Positions 25,076 through 35,587 of a stretch of DNA of 64,000 nt are shown here, in pieces; within the stretch, counting starts at the first letter, position 1, and each line of letters begins with the position of its first letter. Origin of the DNA: an uncultured virus (IMG/VR IMGVR_UViG_3300025400_000009). Its lineage: Duplodnaviria; Heunggongvirae; Uroviricota; Caudoviricetes. The stretch is from the IMG/VR virus record IMGVR_UViG_3300025400_000009. One strand, given 5' to 3'. A program made the position numbers and the translations under genes. The notes under the pieces were generated by a model that saw nothing but the letters and a program-made list of their open reading frames with translations, was not told the DNA's origin and did no database searches.

Positions 25076-26539
25076 TTAATATTTTGTTTTTTGAATCGTG
25101 AAGGGGTATTTGGCTTCTTTGTAGAAGCGTTTGCGTTCTGTTAGGTGTCGTTTGGCGTATTTGCTTGCTGCGGTGATATCCCAGATTTGAACGAAGTCTT
25201 TGTCGTCGGCTTTTCGAATACCTCGGCCAATTGATTGTATAACGCGAACAAAGCTCTTTCCGGGCTCCACCAGAACCAGATTAAAAATACGAGGGATATT
25301 AATACCCACAGCGGCCACACCATAAGTCGCCACAATGATCTTGTTATTAACCGTTTTAACCTCATCGTATTCCTCTTTTCTATCTTTTGTTTTTACTTCG
25401 CCACTAATAAAAACGCTATCAGGAATTTTCTCAATCATTGCTTTGCCAGACTCGATTCGTCCAACTAGAACAAGTGTGTTACCTTTTTCTGCTATGTTTT
25501 TAATCAAGTCACACATATAATCTAATCTAGCATTATCGGTGACCAAATACTTTAGTTCTTCTGCGTAGGATTTAAATTCTTTCCATTCAGCAGTCTGGAT
25601 AATATTTACATGACAGTTACTTAGCACTCCTGCTTCTTGAAGTTCGTGAGCAAAAACATGATTTGTAACTTCACCTAGGCTGGCTTTGATGCTTTGAAAT
25701 TCGTGGTCTGCTTTAGGTATAGTACCAGTTAGTCCCCATCGAATAGGAGCATTGGCAAGGTTGCGTGTTAGAAGATTTTTTAATACTTCAGCCTTGGCCA
25801 TGTGTACTTCATCTACCATGACACAGCAAACATCGCTCAGTAACATCTCCATTTTTGCACTAGCAGCTTCGTCCCAATTTTTGCTATTTTTGTCCAAAAT
25901 ATTCAAACTTTGCCATGTACAGATTGTATGGGTTTTATCTAGGTCTTTTCTATCACCGTAGTAAACTCCAACATCCAATCCGCAGTTTACAAAATCTTCT
26001 TCGGTTTGTTCCACTAAACTTTTGTTAGGAACAATGGTTATTGTTCGACCGTATTTTTCACAAATTTTGCTCAAAGTTGCAGTGGTAATAGTCTTACCAA
26101 AACCTGTGGCAATTTCCTGTATGCTCTGTGGATGTTCGAGGAATGTGTTGATAACTTCAACTTGATCTTCACGCAACCTAATAGGTTGACCTTCAAATCG
26201 ATGTCCTTTAGGCCATGTAGCATCACCCCAAAAATCCACCGAAATTTTGTCAAATTTTAGGTCAACAGGAATGCGCTGATCTTCCAGTTCAATATAGAAG
26301 TTTTTACTTTCTAAATATTCTAAAACCTGCGGAAGCATACTTAGATAAGTTGTTCCTCCAAGACCGAAAAAACTCACCGTGCCGTCCCAACGACCTAGTT
26401 TATAGGCTGGTCTAAAGCGAGCAGTAGGGTCTTCATACTTGAATTTTTTGACCAAGGCTTTGCGTGTATCAAGATCTAGATTTTCAATCTTAATATTGAC
26501 TTCATCTTTAATAACTATTTTACAAGTAGCCAAAATCAA
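25076..26539 (-). CDS. uvsW: SF2 DNA helicase UvsW
   Basis: GRWDG, ATGFGKT, VDEVH, GLTGT, ATYGVAAVGINIP and QSIGRGIR; the start may be TTG 26533. Confidence 0.92.
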   Translation of the reverse strand: MILATCKIVIKDEVNIKIENLDLDTRKALVKKFKYEDPTARFRPAYKLGRWDGTVSFFGLGGTTYLSMLPQVLEYLESKNFYIELEDQRIPVDLKFDKISVDFWGDATWPKGHRFEGQPIRLREDQVEVINTFLEHPQSIQEIATGFGKTITTATLSKICEKYGRTITIVPNKSLVEQTEEDFVNCGLDVGVYYGDRKDLDKTHTICTWQSLNILDKNSKNWDEAASAKMEMLLSDVCCVMVDEVHMAKAEVLKNLLTRNLANAPIRWGLTGTIPKADHEFQSIKASLGEVTNHVFAHELQEAGVLSNCHVNIIQTAEWKEFKSYAEELKYLVTDNARLDYMCDLIKNIAEKGNTLVLVGRIESGKAMIEKIPDSVFISGEVKTKDRKEEYDEVKTVNNKIIVATYGVAAVGINIPRIFNLVLVEPGKSFVRVIQSIGRGIRKADDKDFVQIWDITAASKYAKRHLTERKRFYKEAKYPFTIQKTKY

Positions 26540-27698
26540 ATCCTATGTATTTTTGTTTTACCCCAAAATTAATGAAATTTTGGTGATTTTTGGTATATTC
26601 TTTAAGTGTGTAATGTGCCATAGCATACCCTGTGTTTACTATTGTATTAAATTTTATTTTAGATTTCAATAGCGGTTTAGGTAGTTTAGCACTGATAAAC
26701 ACTACTTTTGTTTCTGACGAAATTGGACCATTTAGACTCTGATTTTTTACAAAATCATTAAATTTTCTACCAGTTTCAGAAGGTAATCTGAATAAAATTG
26801 ACATGTTTTTTTCAGGGATACCTATGCCCTTTAAAATGTCAAAAACCTGCAGAGTTTTATTATATTCATCGCCGCCGGGGATAATGATCAATGTTGGGCC
26901 ATTATGTTTGATAATGGTTTTTAGGGCAGAAATTCCAGTTTCTGTAGGATCTAAATGAAATCCGGTATTGGTATCTTTGATTAAGAAATTTTTAACTTCA
27001 TTTTGAACATAAGAACTGTTTAGGTATTCATTTATATGATCATCCCATAGTGTTACACCTAAATTACGGGCTTGGAACACCGCTTCTAAAATATCATCAG
27101 TTTCAATTTCTGGCATATTTTTTGGAGAATTTTGTATTTTCAACTCTCCATTAATAATGCTTAACATAGGTGCATATTGCTCTGCGTTATTAATAATATT
27201 TTCAACCGTATCTGCGTAATTTTGAAAATCTTCACTAAAAGTAAAAGAATCATCAGAACATAGATCTGATATAAATTTGATATTTTGCTCAGAAATTGGA
27301 AAATGCCAGGCTGTTGTATCTTTATCCCAAACAATGCTTGCGTTGTTATTATGTTTTGCTTTAAATTCTCTTATTGCCTTAACGCCCTCGTCTGAGTAGG
27401 GAAACTTTACTTCAATAATATTTCCATCGATAATGTTAACAGATTTGTTTAACACAGATTTACGTATTTTTAGTTTAAAATTGGGATTTTCTAAAAATGG
27501 CAGTATTTCGGTTTTTAATCTACTAGACAAAGAAGATTCATATCGTTTAATAATACGTATTGCTAACACACTTTGTTTTTCAGTAAAACCCGTACCGTTG
27601 AAATATTGATCAGAAAAACTTTGTAGAATAGCCATGTCGGCATCATTTACAACATGCCGAGATCTCGATAATTCTTCAACCAATTCTTCTATATACAT
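26520..27698 (-). CDS. Hypothetical protein
   Basis: About 390 aa, AT-rich; TTGAAG-17-TATAAT promoter (27733-27705) 6 nt upstream of ATG 27698. Confidence 0.75.
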   Translation of the reverse strand: MYIEELVEELSRSRHVVNDADMAILQSFSDQYFNGTGFTEKQSVLAIRIIKRYESSLSSRLKTEILPFLENPNFKLKIRKSVLNKSVNIIDGNIIEVKFPYSDEGVKAIREFKAKHNNNASIVWDKDTTAWHFPISEQNIKFISDLCSDDSFTFSEDFQNYADTVENIINNAEQYAPMLSIINGELKIQNSPKNMPEIETDDILEAVFQARNLGVTLWDDHINEYLNSSYVQNEVKNFLIKDTNTGFHLDPTETGISALKTIIKHNGPTLIIIPGGDEYNKTLQVFDILKGIGIPEKNMSILFRLPSETGRKFNDFVKNQSLNGPISSETKVVFISAKLPKPLLKSKIKFNTIVNTGYAMAHYTLKEYTKNHQNFINFGVKQKYIGFDFGYL

Positions 27699-27713
27699 AA
27701 TATTATTATACAC

Positions 27714-28169
27714 TTATATTGAAATATCTTCAAGTCCTGCTGTGCGTAGTTTGACAATATTTGTTATTTGCCATTGTTTTTGATCCAATGCTTTAATAAT
27801 GCCTAACCATTGATTACGAAGCATGGCAAATTCATTAATGATTTTTTCCATATCAATAACTTCATCCTCACCTTCGACATATTTGTTAACATCGCTAGAA
27901 CTCAAGGCTCGTGCATAAGTTTCTAAATATTTACGAAACAATTTAGATCTTATTTTACGAAGGTCAATGTTTAACGATTCAAGAATAGCTTCAAGTTCTT
28001 GCAGTTGGTTAAATCTTTGTTCAACAATACCCGGCAAAGAAGCAGAGGCCTTTTCCACGCTGCCGTGGATCTTGACCTCTGTTCTTGCTTGTTCGAGTTC
28101 GTTGTAAAAGTAATCTAAACAGCCTGGAAGGTTTGCTATGTCTTGGGAGACTTTAGCATACCATCCCAT
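27714..28169 (-). CDS. uvsY: Recombination mediator UvsY
   Basis: Helical 151 aa; KYLE.Y.RAL.S.D..KY..GE and K.L..KQWQI.NIVKLR.AG; adjacent to uvsX and uvsW. Confidence 0.85.
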   Translation of the reverse strand: MGWYAKVSQDIANLPGCLDYFYNELEQARTEVKIHGSVEKASASLPGIVEQRFNQLQELEAILESLNIDLRKIRSKLFRKYLETYARALSSSDVNKYVEGEDEVIDMEKIINEFAMLRNQWLGIIKALDQKQWQITNIVKLRTAGLEDISI

Positions 28170-28171
28170 GT

Positions 28172-28420
28172 TTAGTATTCCTCGTCTTCGTAGCCGTAGT
28201 CGCTCTCGTCCTCATCCTCGTCGAGTTCTTCATCCCCGACTACAAGTTCAATAGCTTCGTCTAGACTAGTGTCATAACCTACTAGGCCTTGTAAGACACT
28301 GACATCAACATCTTTACCTAGCAAATAATCGACAAAATGATTAGCCGCAGTTTCTTTGTTTTTGTCAGAGATGTATTCTTTGAACACATCCCAAATCTCG
28401 ATGATTTGATCTTCTTCCAT
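28172..28420 (-). CDS. Small acidic hypothetical protein
   Basis: 82 aa with a D/E-rich tail, between uvsX and uvsY. Confidence 0.75.
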   Translation of the reverse strand: MEEDQIIEIWDVFKEYISDKNKETAANHFVDYLLGKDVDVSVLQGLVGYDTSLDEAIELVVGDEELDEDEDESDYGYEDEEY

Positions 28421-29479
28421 TTATGTTTCCTCTGATGCTTCTTCAGTGACAACAGGAGCACTTACTGCTGATTCATCCCATTCCTGCATGATAGTCATCA
28501 ACTTATCTTCAGTCCATCCCTTACGGAAATATGCTTGGATTTCGCCTGTTGCCTTACTTGTATATTGTAACTTATTTCCCGACTTTGTCAATACGCCCAT
28601 CTTTTCAAACATATCAACTAGGCCACTTGTAGGCTTCATACCAGTACTGTAAGGAATCTGAACTTGTACACTTTCAAAAGGTTTAGCATAACGAGTTTTC
28701 ATGATCTTACAGGCACTACGAATACCTAGTACATCACTGACCTTGTTGCCATCTTCATCTTCTTTCAACTTCAACTTCTTCATGGCAACCACGATAGAAG
28801 ATGCATAAATGAATCCCTGTCCACCAGAAATTTTATCGTCTGGATCGAACATATCTTGCGAAGCGTATGTGTGATTTGTACAAACCATTCCAACATTATA
28901 ACTCCCAAACATATTTACACAGTTACGAACTAGTGATGTAAGTGCTTTAGGCTTACGGCCCATGTCACCTTTCATTTCGCCTGCTTCGAACTGATTAATA
29001 TCAGTTGGTGTTAGTAACATACCCAAACTGTCGATTACAAACATAACCTTGGGACGTTCGTCTTCGGGCATGGCTTTGTATTCTTTCATGAATTCTGAAA
29101 TGGTTTTTGCCACATCATCAATCATTGCCATATTGAGTTTTAGAAGTTTTTCTTCGCTAGTATCAACACCAAGATCTTTCAACCATTTTTCATCTAAAGC
29201 ATTTTCGCTGTCAACTAAGACAACAAAGATACCTTGTTCTTGTGCATGTCGAACCAAGTTGCCGGAGCAAATATAACTCTTACCAGCGCCACTTTCACCA
29301 GCAAAAACCGTTACTTTACCCAATGGAACTCCTTTGAAGAAGTCCCCTGAAATAAGATAATTTAAAGCATAGTTGCCAGTGCTAACCCAGTCAGTTGGGT
29401 CATTGAAGCCTATGCCAAGTCCATCGATAGACTTGGTGATAGACTTACGGAACTTCGAAATATCGAAGGCTTTTACCAT
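28421..29479 (-). CDS. uvsX: RecA-like recombinase UvsX
   Basis: STGNYALN, GESGAGKS, DSENALD, IDSLG, NHTY and SGG.G..YASS. Confidence 0.95.
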   Translation of the reverse strand: MVKAFDISKFRKSITKSIDGLGIGFNDPTDWVSTGNYALNYLISGDFFKGVPLGKVTVFAGESGAGKSYICSGNLVRHAQEQGIFVVLVDSENALDEKWLKDLGVDTSEEKLLKLNMAMIDDVAKTISEFMKEYKAMPEDERPKVMFVIDSLGMLLTPTDINQFEAGEMKGDMGRKPKALTSLVRNCVNMFGSYNVGMVCTNHTYASQDMFDPDDKISGGQGFIYASSIVVAMKKLKLKEDEDGNKVSDVLGIRSACKIMKTRYAKPFESVQVQIPYSTGMKPTSGLVDMFEKMGVLTKSGNKLQYTSKATGEIQAYFRKGWTEDKLMTIMQEWDESAVSAPVVTEEASEET

Positions 29480-29493
29480 AGTCTATCTCCTGA

Positions 29494-30486
29494 TTATTGT
29501 TGGTTACGTTTACGGATCATCGCAATGATGTCGCTAGCACGGCTACCTGCATCGCTACTTGTCGGAGTGTCTGCTGGTGTGGATGCTGGAGCATCTTCTT
29601 CCCAAGGTGCGGCATCTTCGTCCATTGGAGCGGCTGCTACTGGAGCAGGGGCAGGTGCTGGACGGGCTGCCGGAGCAGATTGAGTTTGGTTGTTATTACC
29701 GCCTCTCATACCGTCTGGTTTGAAGTATTGTCCCCAACGATCCATGTCAAATGCTTCGCCATCGACTGATGCTTCAAACATTTCTTTCATGACCTTAAGT
29801 TCAACATCTGTAGGTTTCTTTGGCAAGAATGTCTTCAAATCAAACAAACCATATTGTTGGATAGCGGCTTTTTCTGTTTCGCTTAGAGCACGTTCACGAC
29901 GACTCCAGGTTGAAGTTGTGTAATCTGCATAACCACCTTTGCTTGTCTTAGCAATCTTGAAGTCCAAGCCACGGACATAGTCAGTTGGCAATTCTTCAAT
30001 TTCACTATCCATCAAAGCATTCTTAACAATGTTAAAAATTTGGCTGCTCATGATAAAGCGACGGATTGGATTTTCCGGTGTCTTATCTTCTTGTAGTTTA
30101 GAGTCTACAACCAAACCTTGGAACAAATATGACTTTTTCTTCCAGTACTTACGACCCATATCTTCCAAGCTCTTGTCCTTAAACCATGGACGAACTTCTG
30201 TTAAGATTGGACAAGTTTCACCCCACATTTCCATGCATGGAACTTGTACTGTTACAGGTTTTGAATTTGTATCACCTTTCACACCAGCGAAAGGCAACTT
30301 GATCATTGCTCGTTCAATCCAGAAAAAAGTATTGTTGGGATCTGCGTCAGGAAGGAATCTAACTGTTGCTGTTTGCCCTTCTGCAATATTCCAATGTGCG
30401 AAAATTGCGTTGTCTCCCCCGCTTGTGGAGTTTTGTTGTTGTGAAGAAGCTTGAAGCTTCGCGCGGATTTCTGCTAAAGTTGCCAT
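29494..30486 (-). CDS. gp32: Single-stranded DNA-binding protein (gp32-like)
   Basis: VRFLPD, CMEMWGETCPI, YWKKKSY, G.DF.I.K..KGGYADY..S.W and an acidic C-terminal tail. Confidence 0.9.
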   Translation of the reverse strand: MATLAEIRAKLQASSQQQNSTSGGDNAIFAHWNIAEGQTATVRFLPDADPNNTFFWIERAMIKLPFAGVKGDTNSKPVTVQVPCMEMWGETCPILTEVRPWFKDKSLEDMGRKYWKKKSYLFQGLVVDSKLQEDKTPENPIRRFIMSSQIFNIVKNALMDSEIEELPTDYVRGLDFKIAKTSKGGYADYTTSTWSRRERALSETEKAAIQQYGLFDLKTFLPKKPTDVELKVMKEMFEASVDGEAFDMDRWGQYFKPDGMRGGNNNQTQSAPAARPAPAPAPVAAAPMDEDAAPWEEDAPASTPADTPTSSDAGSRASDIIAMIRKRNQQ

Positions 30487-30547
30487 AATGATTTTCCTTA
30501 ATAAATGTAAATGTTATGCCTCTCTTTTATAGACCACTGCCTACAAA

Positions 30548-30597
30548 AGAAAAAAAGTGCATATAACTATTATATGCACTTTTATTTATCATAGCAA
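30548..30597 (-). promoter_or_regulatory. Overlapping sigma70 promoter, TAAATA element and terminator hairpin upstream of gp32
   Basis: Minus strand TTGCTA-17-TATAAT; 14-bp stem AAAAGTGCATATAA/TTATATGCACTTTT followed by a T-rich tail. Confidence 0.65.
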
Positions 30598-30621
30598 CCT
30601 ATACAGTTGCAAATATTGGTA

Positions 30622-32640
30622 TTATTTTGCCAATCCGGAAAGTTTCAAAATGTCTGTAATATCTTCTTTCATTCCCATTTTTGATTTAAGATTTGACAAA
30701 CCTTGACTGCTTGTTAGGCTCTTGGATCGTTCTTTTTCCAAATCTTTTGTACTCATTTTCCAATCACCGCCCTTTTCTTTACGCTGTGCCGCAGGAATTT
30801 CGCTCTTGTCAACTTCTTCTGATGGCATGATATTGGTGTTGAAATCAGTACCACCATTGCCACGATCGCCGATTCCTTCTACTTTAGATTTAACATTGCC
30901 TAGTAGTTCTTTCAAACGGCTTAGACCGTCATCTTCAACTGGGCCGTGTTTGGCTTCCCATTTTTTGGTAAGTTTTTCCATGAATTCTAATGCTAGTTGT
31001 TCGCATTGGTCACCAACTTCATCACCGAACATTTCAGCACATTTCTTTTTAACGTCTAGAGCAATGTTTGGAGCACCGTTGAATGGACCGACTTCTGGGT
31101 TATCTTCATTGAAACGACTCTTAACAAGTTTAGCAACTTCTTTAACCACTGCTTCGCGAGTTGGCATGGTTTTGTTAGCAGGGCCACTCATTTCCTCGTT
31201 TTCTGTTGCTGGTTGTTCTGGAGGTACTTCTGTTGGTTCTTGTTTGTTGCCGCCTAATCCCAACGATGTTACTAGGTTAGGATAGTTTTCTTCAGCCCAG
31301 GGAGTTAGTACATCTTTAATAGGATCAGCTTCTGGATTGATTCTAGATTGAGCTTGAAACTTTTCCGCTAGTTCGGGGTGTAGTTCAACTAGTTCATTAA
31401 AAAACTCAATAGCAGTTTGACCGTTTGGACCTAACTGTAGTTTGCCGTCCGGAAGTTCATTGATAGCAGATTTTAAAGTTTGGATCTGATCTTGAGTAAG
31501 TTCTCCACCTTCAGTGGCATTAGCCCAATCTTCAAACTCTGATTCTGGACCATTGCGGCCATGGCTGGCTTGTCCCATGCCAATATCAAATGCTTCATCC
31601 GACTGTTCATCTCGAGATTCTTCTACATAATCGTCAAGGTCAACAGTATTTGTTTCACTCATGATTTTGTGTAGTAGCGGAAAGAAATCAGTTAGGCTTT
31701 CTTCAAAACTTGTTTGTGTAAATTTTTGTTTGTATTGTTCCATAGTGACATCATCTAACATTGTGTCGCTATCATCGATACCACCATGGAATTCATTAAT
31801 CCAATTTTCGTAGTGTTGTCTTTTTCCTAGTGCTGCTATTTGCGCTTTTAGTTCGTTCATACGGCCTATGGCACGTTCTGTAATTCCTGTTGCATCATCA
31901 TGCAAAGTAGCACTTCTAACTTTCTTTTGAAACTCACCTAACTTGGCAATTTCTTCACTCATTTTCATTATTGCTTTGCCTGCCGGATCGTGAGGCACAC
32001 CGCCGTGATCTACGTGTTGTGCCATTGCAAAGGCGCCTGCTGTATGAATGAATGGATACTTAAAGCGTTCGCCGTCTGCGTTCTGAATAAAGATTGATTT
32101 GATATGTTTAGGGCTACTACGTGAGCCTGCGTATGTTTCTTGGAAATCGTTCTTGTGACGAACAATAACCTCAGTTTTGCCTGATGTAGCACGGCTAGTT
32201 TTTTTACTGCTTCTGCCGTTCCAGCGTGATTCATTCATTGTGCTCATTGGTTCTTCCTTGGGGCCTTGAGTAGTGGCCAAATGTTGAAAATCGTTTTTAT
32301 CTAGATTTGTTTTAGCAATATCGCGTGTGTCAAATCTTAGCAGACGACGCATAGCAAAGAAACGCATTTCTTTTAAGAAAGCAAACCACGCTTTCTTAAC
32401 TGGTTCATCGTTGTTTTCTGTAATACCTTGGCTATAATAAACTTTTAGACTACCTAAATCTCCTAGGCTAATGCTAACACGGCCTAGATTGTTTCCCTCT
32501 GCAACAAAGTCAAAATCGAAGAATACAGCTTCAGATGGATCAATGGTTACAGCGCCAGTACTATCACCCATTTCCAAATTTTGAAAACGGCTGCGTACTT
32601 TGTCGAATAAGTCTTGGGAAATAATTTGAATAGGTGTCAT
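30622..32640 (-). CDS. Large hypothetical late protein
   Basis: 672 aa, acidic; TAAATA 6 nt upstream. Confidence 0.8.
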   Translation of the reverse strand: MTPIQIISQDLFDKVRSRFQNLEMGDSTGAVTIDPSEAVFFDFDFVAEGNNLGRVSISLGDLGSLKVYYSQGITENNDEPVKKAWFAFLKEMRFFAMRRLLRFDTRDIAKTNLDKNDFQHLATTQGPKEEPMSTMNESRWNGRSSKKTSRATSGKTEVIVRHKNDFQETYAGSRSSPKHIKSIFIQNADGERFKYPFIHTAGAFAMAQHVDHGGVPHDPAGKAIMKMSEEIAKLGEFQKKVRSATLHDDATGITERAIGRMNELKAQIAALGKRQHYENWINEFHGGIDDSDTMLDDVTMEQYKQKFTQTSFEESLTDFFPLLHKIMSETNTVDLDDYVEESRDEQSDEAFDIGMGQASHGRNGPESEFEDWANATEGGELTQDQIQTLKSAINELPDGKLQLGPNGQTAIEFFNELVELHPELAEKFQAQSRINPEADPIKDVLTPWAEENYPNLVTSLGLGGNKQEPTEVPPEQPATENEEMSGPANKTMPTREAVVKEVAKLVKSRFNEDNPEVGPFNGAPNIALDVKKKCAEMFGDEVGDQCEQLALEFMEKLTKKWEAKHGPVEDDGLSRLKELLGNVKSKVEGIGDRGNGGTDFNTNIMPSEEVDKSEIPAAQRKEKGGDWKMSTKDLEKERSKSLTSSQGLSNLKSKMGMKEDITDILKLSGLAK

Positions 32641-32649
32641 AACTTATAT

Positions 32650-34236
32650 TTAGTATGTGCTAATGTAAATCGGCATAGGTAAATCATATTCGTCTAGGCC
32701 TTCTTGGTCCCGCATCTTGTCGTAGATTGCCGGATCCCATTCTTGTAATGTAGAAATCATACGGATGTTTAGTAACATACTGGCCACTAAGTCATCATGG
32801 TGTCCCGTTTTAGCCTTAAAAGTAACACCCTCTGCAACATAAGTTTTTAGTTCACTAATCAGCGCTTTACTGTGAATTTTTAGTTTATTAGTTTCGACTA
32901 ACTTTTTAAGTTGAGCACAGGCAGCAACTTTAGCCAGATGCGTTGTATTGAATCCTTTACGGAATCTACGAACATGACCGCGTTTAACTGGTTCACTTAA
33001 AAATAGTCCTGGAAAAGTTTCCTCTCCTAGTGCATCGATACATACTAGGGCACTTTCACCTAGTGTATTGTTTTCTACACTGTAATAAATGCTAGGTGTA
33101 ACTCCTGCTTTTTGATATCGTTCTGCTAAATGGTTTAACATATCTCTCATGATACGAACTTGACTTTGTATGGGTGTCATATTATGATGCCACTCTGCTA
33201 CCTGTTCCATGCAAGGCAACTCTAAAACTTGTATGGCGGCATAATCACCTCCAGTGCCTAAACTAGGGTCTAAACTAACCATGTAGGTGCTTTTAGCATT
33301 AAATCTCTTATACCAACGAGCTTGTCCCATCTTCATAAATGGTTCGTCTCCGGTCATTCCAGCGAGGCACAAACTATTGATAAGAGTTTCGTCAAAAATC
33401 AAGAACTTACATTCGTGTTCACGTTCGAATCGTTCTTGACCGACACGCGACATTTCTTCATGTTTCCATTTTTCATCACGATCTGGATGTTGACTCCAAA
33501 TAGCCATGTAAGGATGAAAACCGTTTTTACCAACTTCTGTGGTATTGCCGAACTCATCTGTCATCTTGTTGGCTTCGTTCCAAATAGTAGCAAACTGATC
33601 TTCGTCGCTGTTTGGAGTGCTGGTAATAATAGCCTTACCGCCAGTTGCTAATGTGGGAGATATGGAGGTCCAAAACTCTACGGCAATGTTAGGCTCAACA
33701 TAAGCAAACTCGTCACAGTATAGCAATGACACAGACATACCACGACCGGTTGTTTCTGTTGTTGTCTGTGCTACAATGCGTGATCCATTGTCAAACTCGA
33801 TACTTTGTTTGTTATAACTTGTAGCACCTGCACGAATAAAATCAGGACATGTTTCGTAGGCATAGCGTAGGCGTTGCATAATTTCTAAAGCGCCAGTATG
33901 CTTGTGAGCTGAAATTAAGATAGTGCTATCTGGCACGAACATAGCATACCACAACAAATACCCCACCGCAGTTGTAGTTTTGCCCATTTGTCGTCCCAAC
34001 ATATTAACGCTGAAACGATGATCATGATAACTTTTTAATAGGTCTTCTTGGTACTGAAAAGGTTTGTATTGTATCTGACCCTTTGTAGGATGTTGTATGT
34101 AAAAGAAATTTTCAATAAAATACTTTGGTCCAGTTTCGGGATCCATACAAGCAGCCATGTGCATCAGATCTTCTTCGGACCATTTTTGCGTTGCATGGGC
34201 TTTTTTGATTAAATTGCCTTCAAGTGATTTTGCCAT
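32650..34236 (-). CDS. gp17: Terminase large subunit (gp17-like)
   Basis: RQMGKTT, YCDEFAYV, ITSTPN, DPSLGTGGDY, ENN and HDDLV. Confidence 0.95.
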   Translation of the reverse strand: MAKSLEGNLIKKAHATQKWSEEDLMHMAACMDPETGPKYFIENFFYIQHPTKGQIQYKPFQYQEDLLKSYHDHRFSVNMLGRQMGKTTTAVGYLLWYAMFVPDSTILISAHKHTGALEIMQRLRYAYETCPDFIRAGATSYNKQSIEFDNGSRIVAQTTTETTGRGMSVSLLYCDEFAYVEPNIAVEFWTSISPTLATGGKAIITSTPNSDEDQFATIWNEANKMTDEFGNTTEVGKNGFHPYMAIWSQHPDRDEKWKHEEMSRVGQERFEREHECKFLIFDETLINSLCLAGMTGDEPFMKMGQARWYKRFNAKSTYMVSLDPSLGTGGDYAAIQVLELPCMEQVAEWHHNMTPIQSQVRIMRDMLNHLAERYQKAGVTPSIYYSVENNTLGESALVCIDALGEETFPGLFLSEPVKRGHVRRFRKGFNTTHLAKVAACAQLKKLVETNKLKIHSKALISELKTYVAEGVTFKAKTGHHDDLVASMLLNIRMISTLQEWDPAIYDKMRDQEGLDEYDLPMPIYISTY

Positions 34237-34250
34237 AATATTATTTAATG

Positions 34251-34278
34251 AAAAAAATAGGCTCCGAAGAGCCTATTT
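34251..34278 (-). terminator. Rho-independent terminator with a cUUCGg tetraloop
   Basis: Minus strand AAATAGGCTC-TTCG-GAGCCTATTT-TTTT. Confidence 0.88.
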
Positions 34279-34300
34279 GGGGACTATGTCCTAATACTTA

Positions 34301-34978
34301 TTATTTGTCGCTTTCTTCATCGTCACATTCGCATTTATCCATAGGTTTGTGACAATCATCACATTCTTCTTCTTTTGATTCGTTGATAAACTTTTGATAT
34401 TCCTGCATCAAACTTTCGAATGTAGCATTGCCTTTTGGCATAGTACCGTCCATACGATCGCCAGCATCTGGTTTGTTTTCTTGATTAGCAAATCCGTTTG
34501 GATCAAATGGTTTTTGTTTGGTAGGATCGTTAGGAGTTGTATCAACGCCTGGGATACCGTGTTGATCAAGTTCTTCGCCTTCATCGGTTTCCTCTTCTTC
34601 GCCACTTTCTTCCCCATCGTCGCCGATGTTGTTCATTTTATCTAAGACACTACGCATACTATCGCGTTCGGAATCAGCAGCCGCAGGACCTACAGCCATT
34701 GCTGGACCAGAAGTCATAACTGTTGGTTCTTTTTCAACACCCATGTGTTCGTCACCGACTTTATGTACGCCAGCAAGTTGCATAATAGCAGCCAGCATGT
34801 TGCCTAGTTCTTCACCATCACCGGCTGTGATATTTAATGTAGCGGGGGTCTTTGGTTCTTCTGCTACAGGCATGCCCATGGTCATTGGACCACATTCTGA
34901 AACCTTAGTTTCATAAACTACATTTGAATTTTTAGCATCTAGTTCAGCTAAACGCTTTAGTACATCGATCATTTGCAT
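34301..34978 (-). CDS. Acidic hypothetical late protein
   Basis: 225-aa ORF in the late operon. Confidence 0.75.
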   Translation of the reverse strand: MQMIDVLKRLAELDAKNSNVVYETKVSECGPMTMGMPVAEEPKTPATLNITAGDGEELGNMLAAIMQLAGVHKVGDEHMGVEKEPTVMTSGPAMAVGPAAADSERDSMRSVLDKMNNIGDDGEESGEEEETDEGEELDQHGIPGVDTTPNDPTKQKPFDPNGFANQENKPDAGDRMDGTMPKGNATFESLMQEYQKFINESKEEECDDCHKPMDKCECDDEESDK

Positions 34979-34980
34979 TT

Positions 34981-35580
34981 TTATTTCTTCCTTGGGTCGT
35001 AGTCCGTTTGTTCAATAGGACTCTTGTTATTGTAAGGTGAATCGACGTTGTATGTTGCCGCACCTTCTGTGGGAATTTCTTCTCCACGAGCTTTACGTTG
35101 TAGTTTTAATAGATCGTTAAGTTCTTTAACAAATCCGCTATTGTATTTGTCACCGTAGTAATCTTCAAACTGAGGATTACCTGCTTCTTTATATTCTGGA
35201 TCATTCAACAATGCACCTTCACGTTCGGCCATTGGAGTTTGATATTGTTCGCTGGGTTCATTAGGACGAACTACTGCTAGGTTTTGTTTGTTAACACCTA
35301 ATCCAGTGCTTAGATACTCCATTAATTCAAACTGTGTAGTAGGATAATCTACAGTAACTTCGTAGATATGAACTTCACAGTTGCGAACTTGTGGGAAGTC
35401 TAATGGTAATGATTGAACAGGGGTAGTCTTTACTTTCTTGAAAGAATCTACCTTAAAACGTTCCATCATGGTCTTAAGTTTTGCTTCTTGCTCGGTGGTA
35501 AAGTCACCTGCCACTTTAACACGGAAATCGTGTTTTTGAGCATTAAGACTTTCAGATAGGTATTCTTTGAAGTTTTTCAT
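34981..35580 (-). CDS. Conserved hypothetical late protein
   Basis: MKNFKEYLSES N-terminus, typical of T4-like head-associated proteins; TAAATA upstream. Confidence 0.75.
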   Translation of the reverse strand: MKNFKEYLSESLNAQKHDFRVKVAGDFTTEQEAKLKTMMERFKVDSFKKVKTTPVQSLPLDFPQVRNCEVHIYEVTVDYPTTQFELMEYLSTGLGVNKQNLAVVRPNEPSEQYQTPMAEREGALLNDPEYKEAGNPQFEDYYGDKYNSGFVKELNDLLKLQRKARGEEIPTEGAATYNVDSPYNNKSPIEQTDYDPRKK

Positions 35581-35587
35581 AGTGTGT

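Noticed and set aside
16722..34236. Inteins or group I introns in helicase, UvsW, UvsX or terminase
   Set aside because: All ORFs are of ordinary length and uninterrupted, with no splicing motifs noticed.
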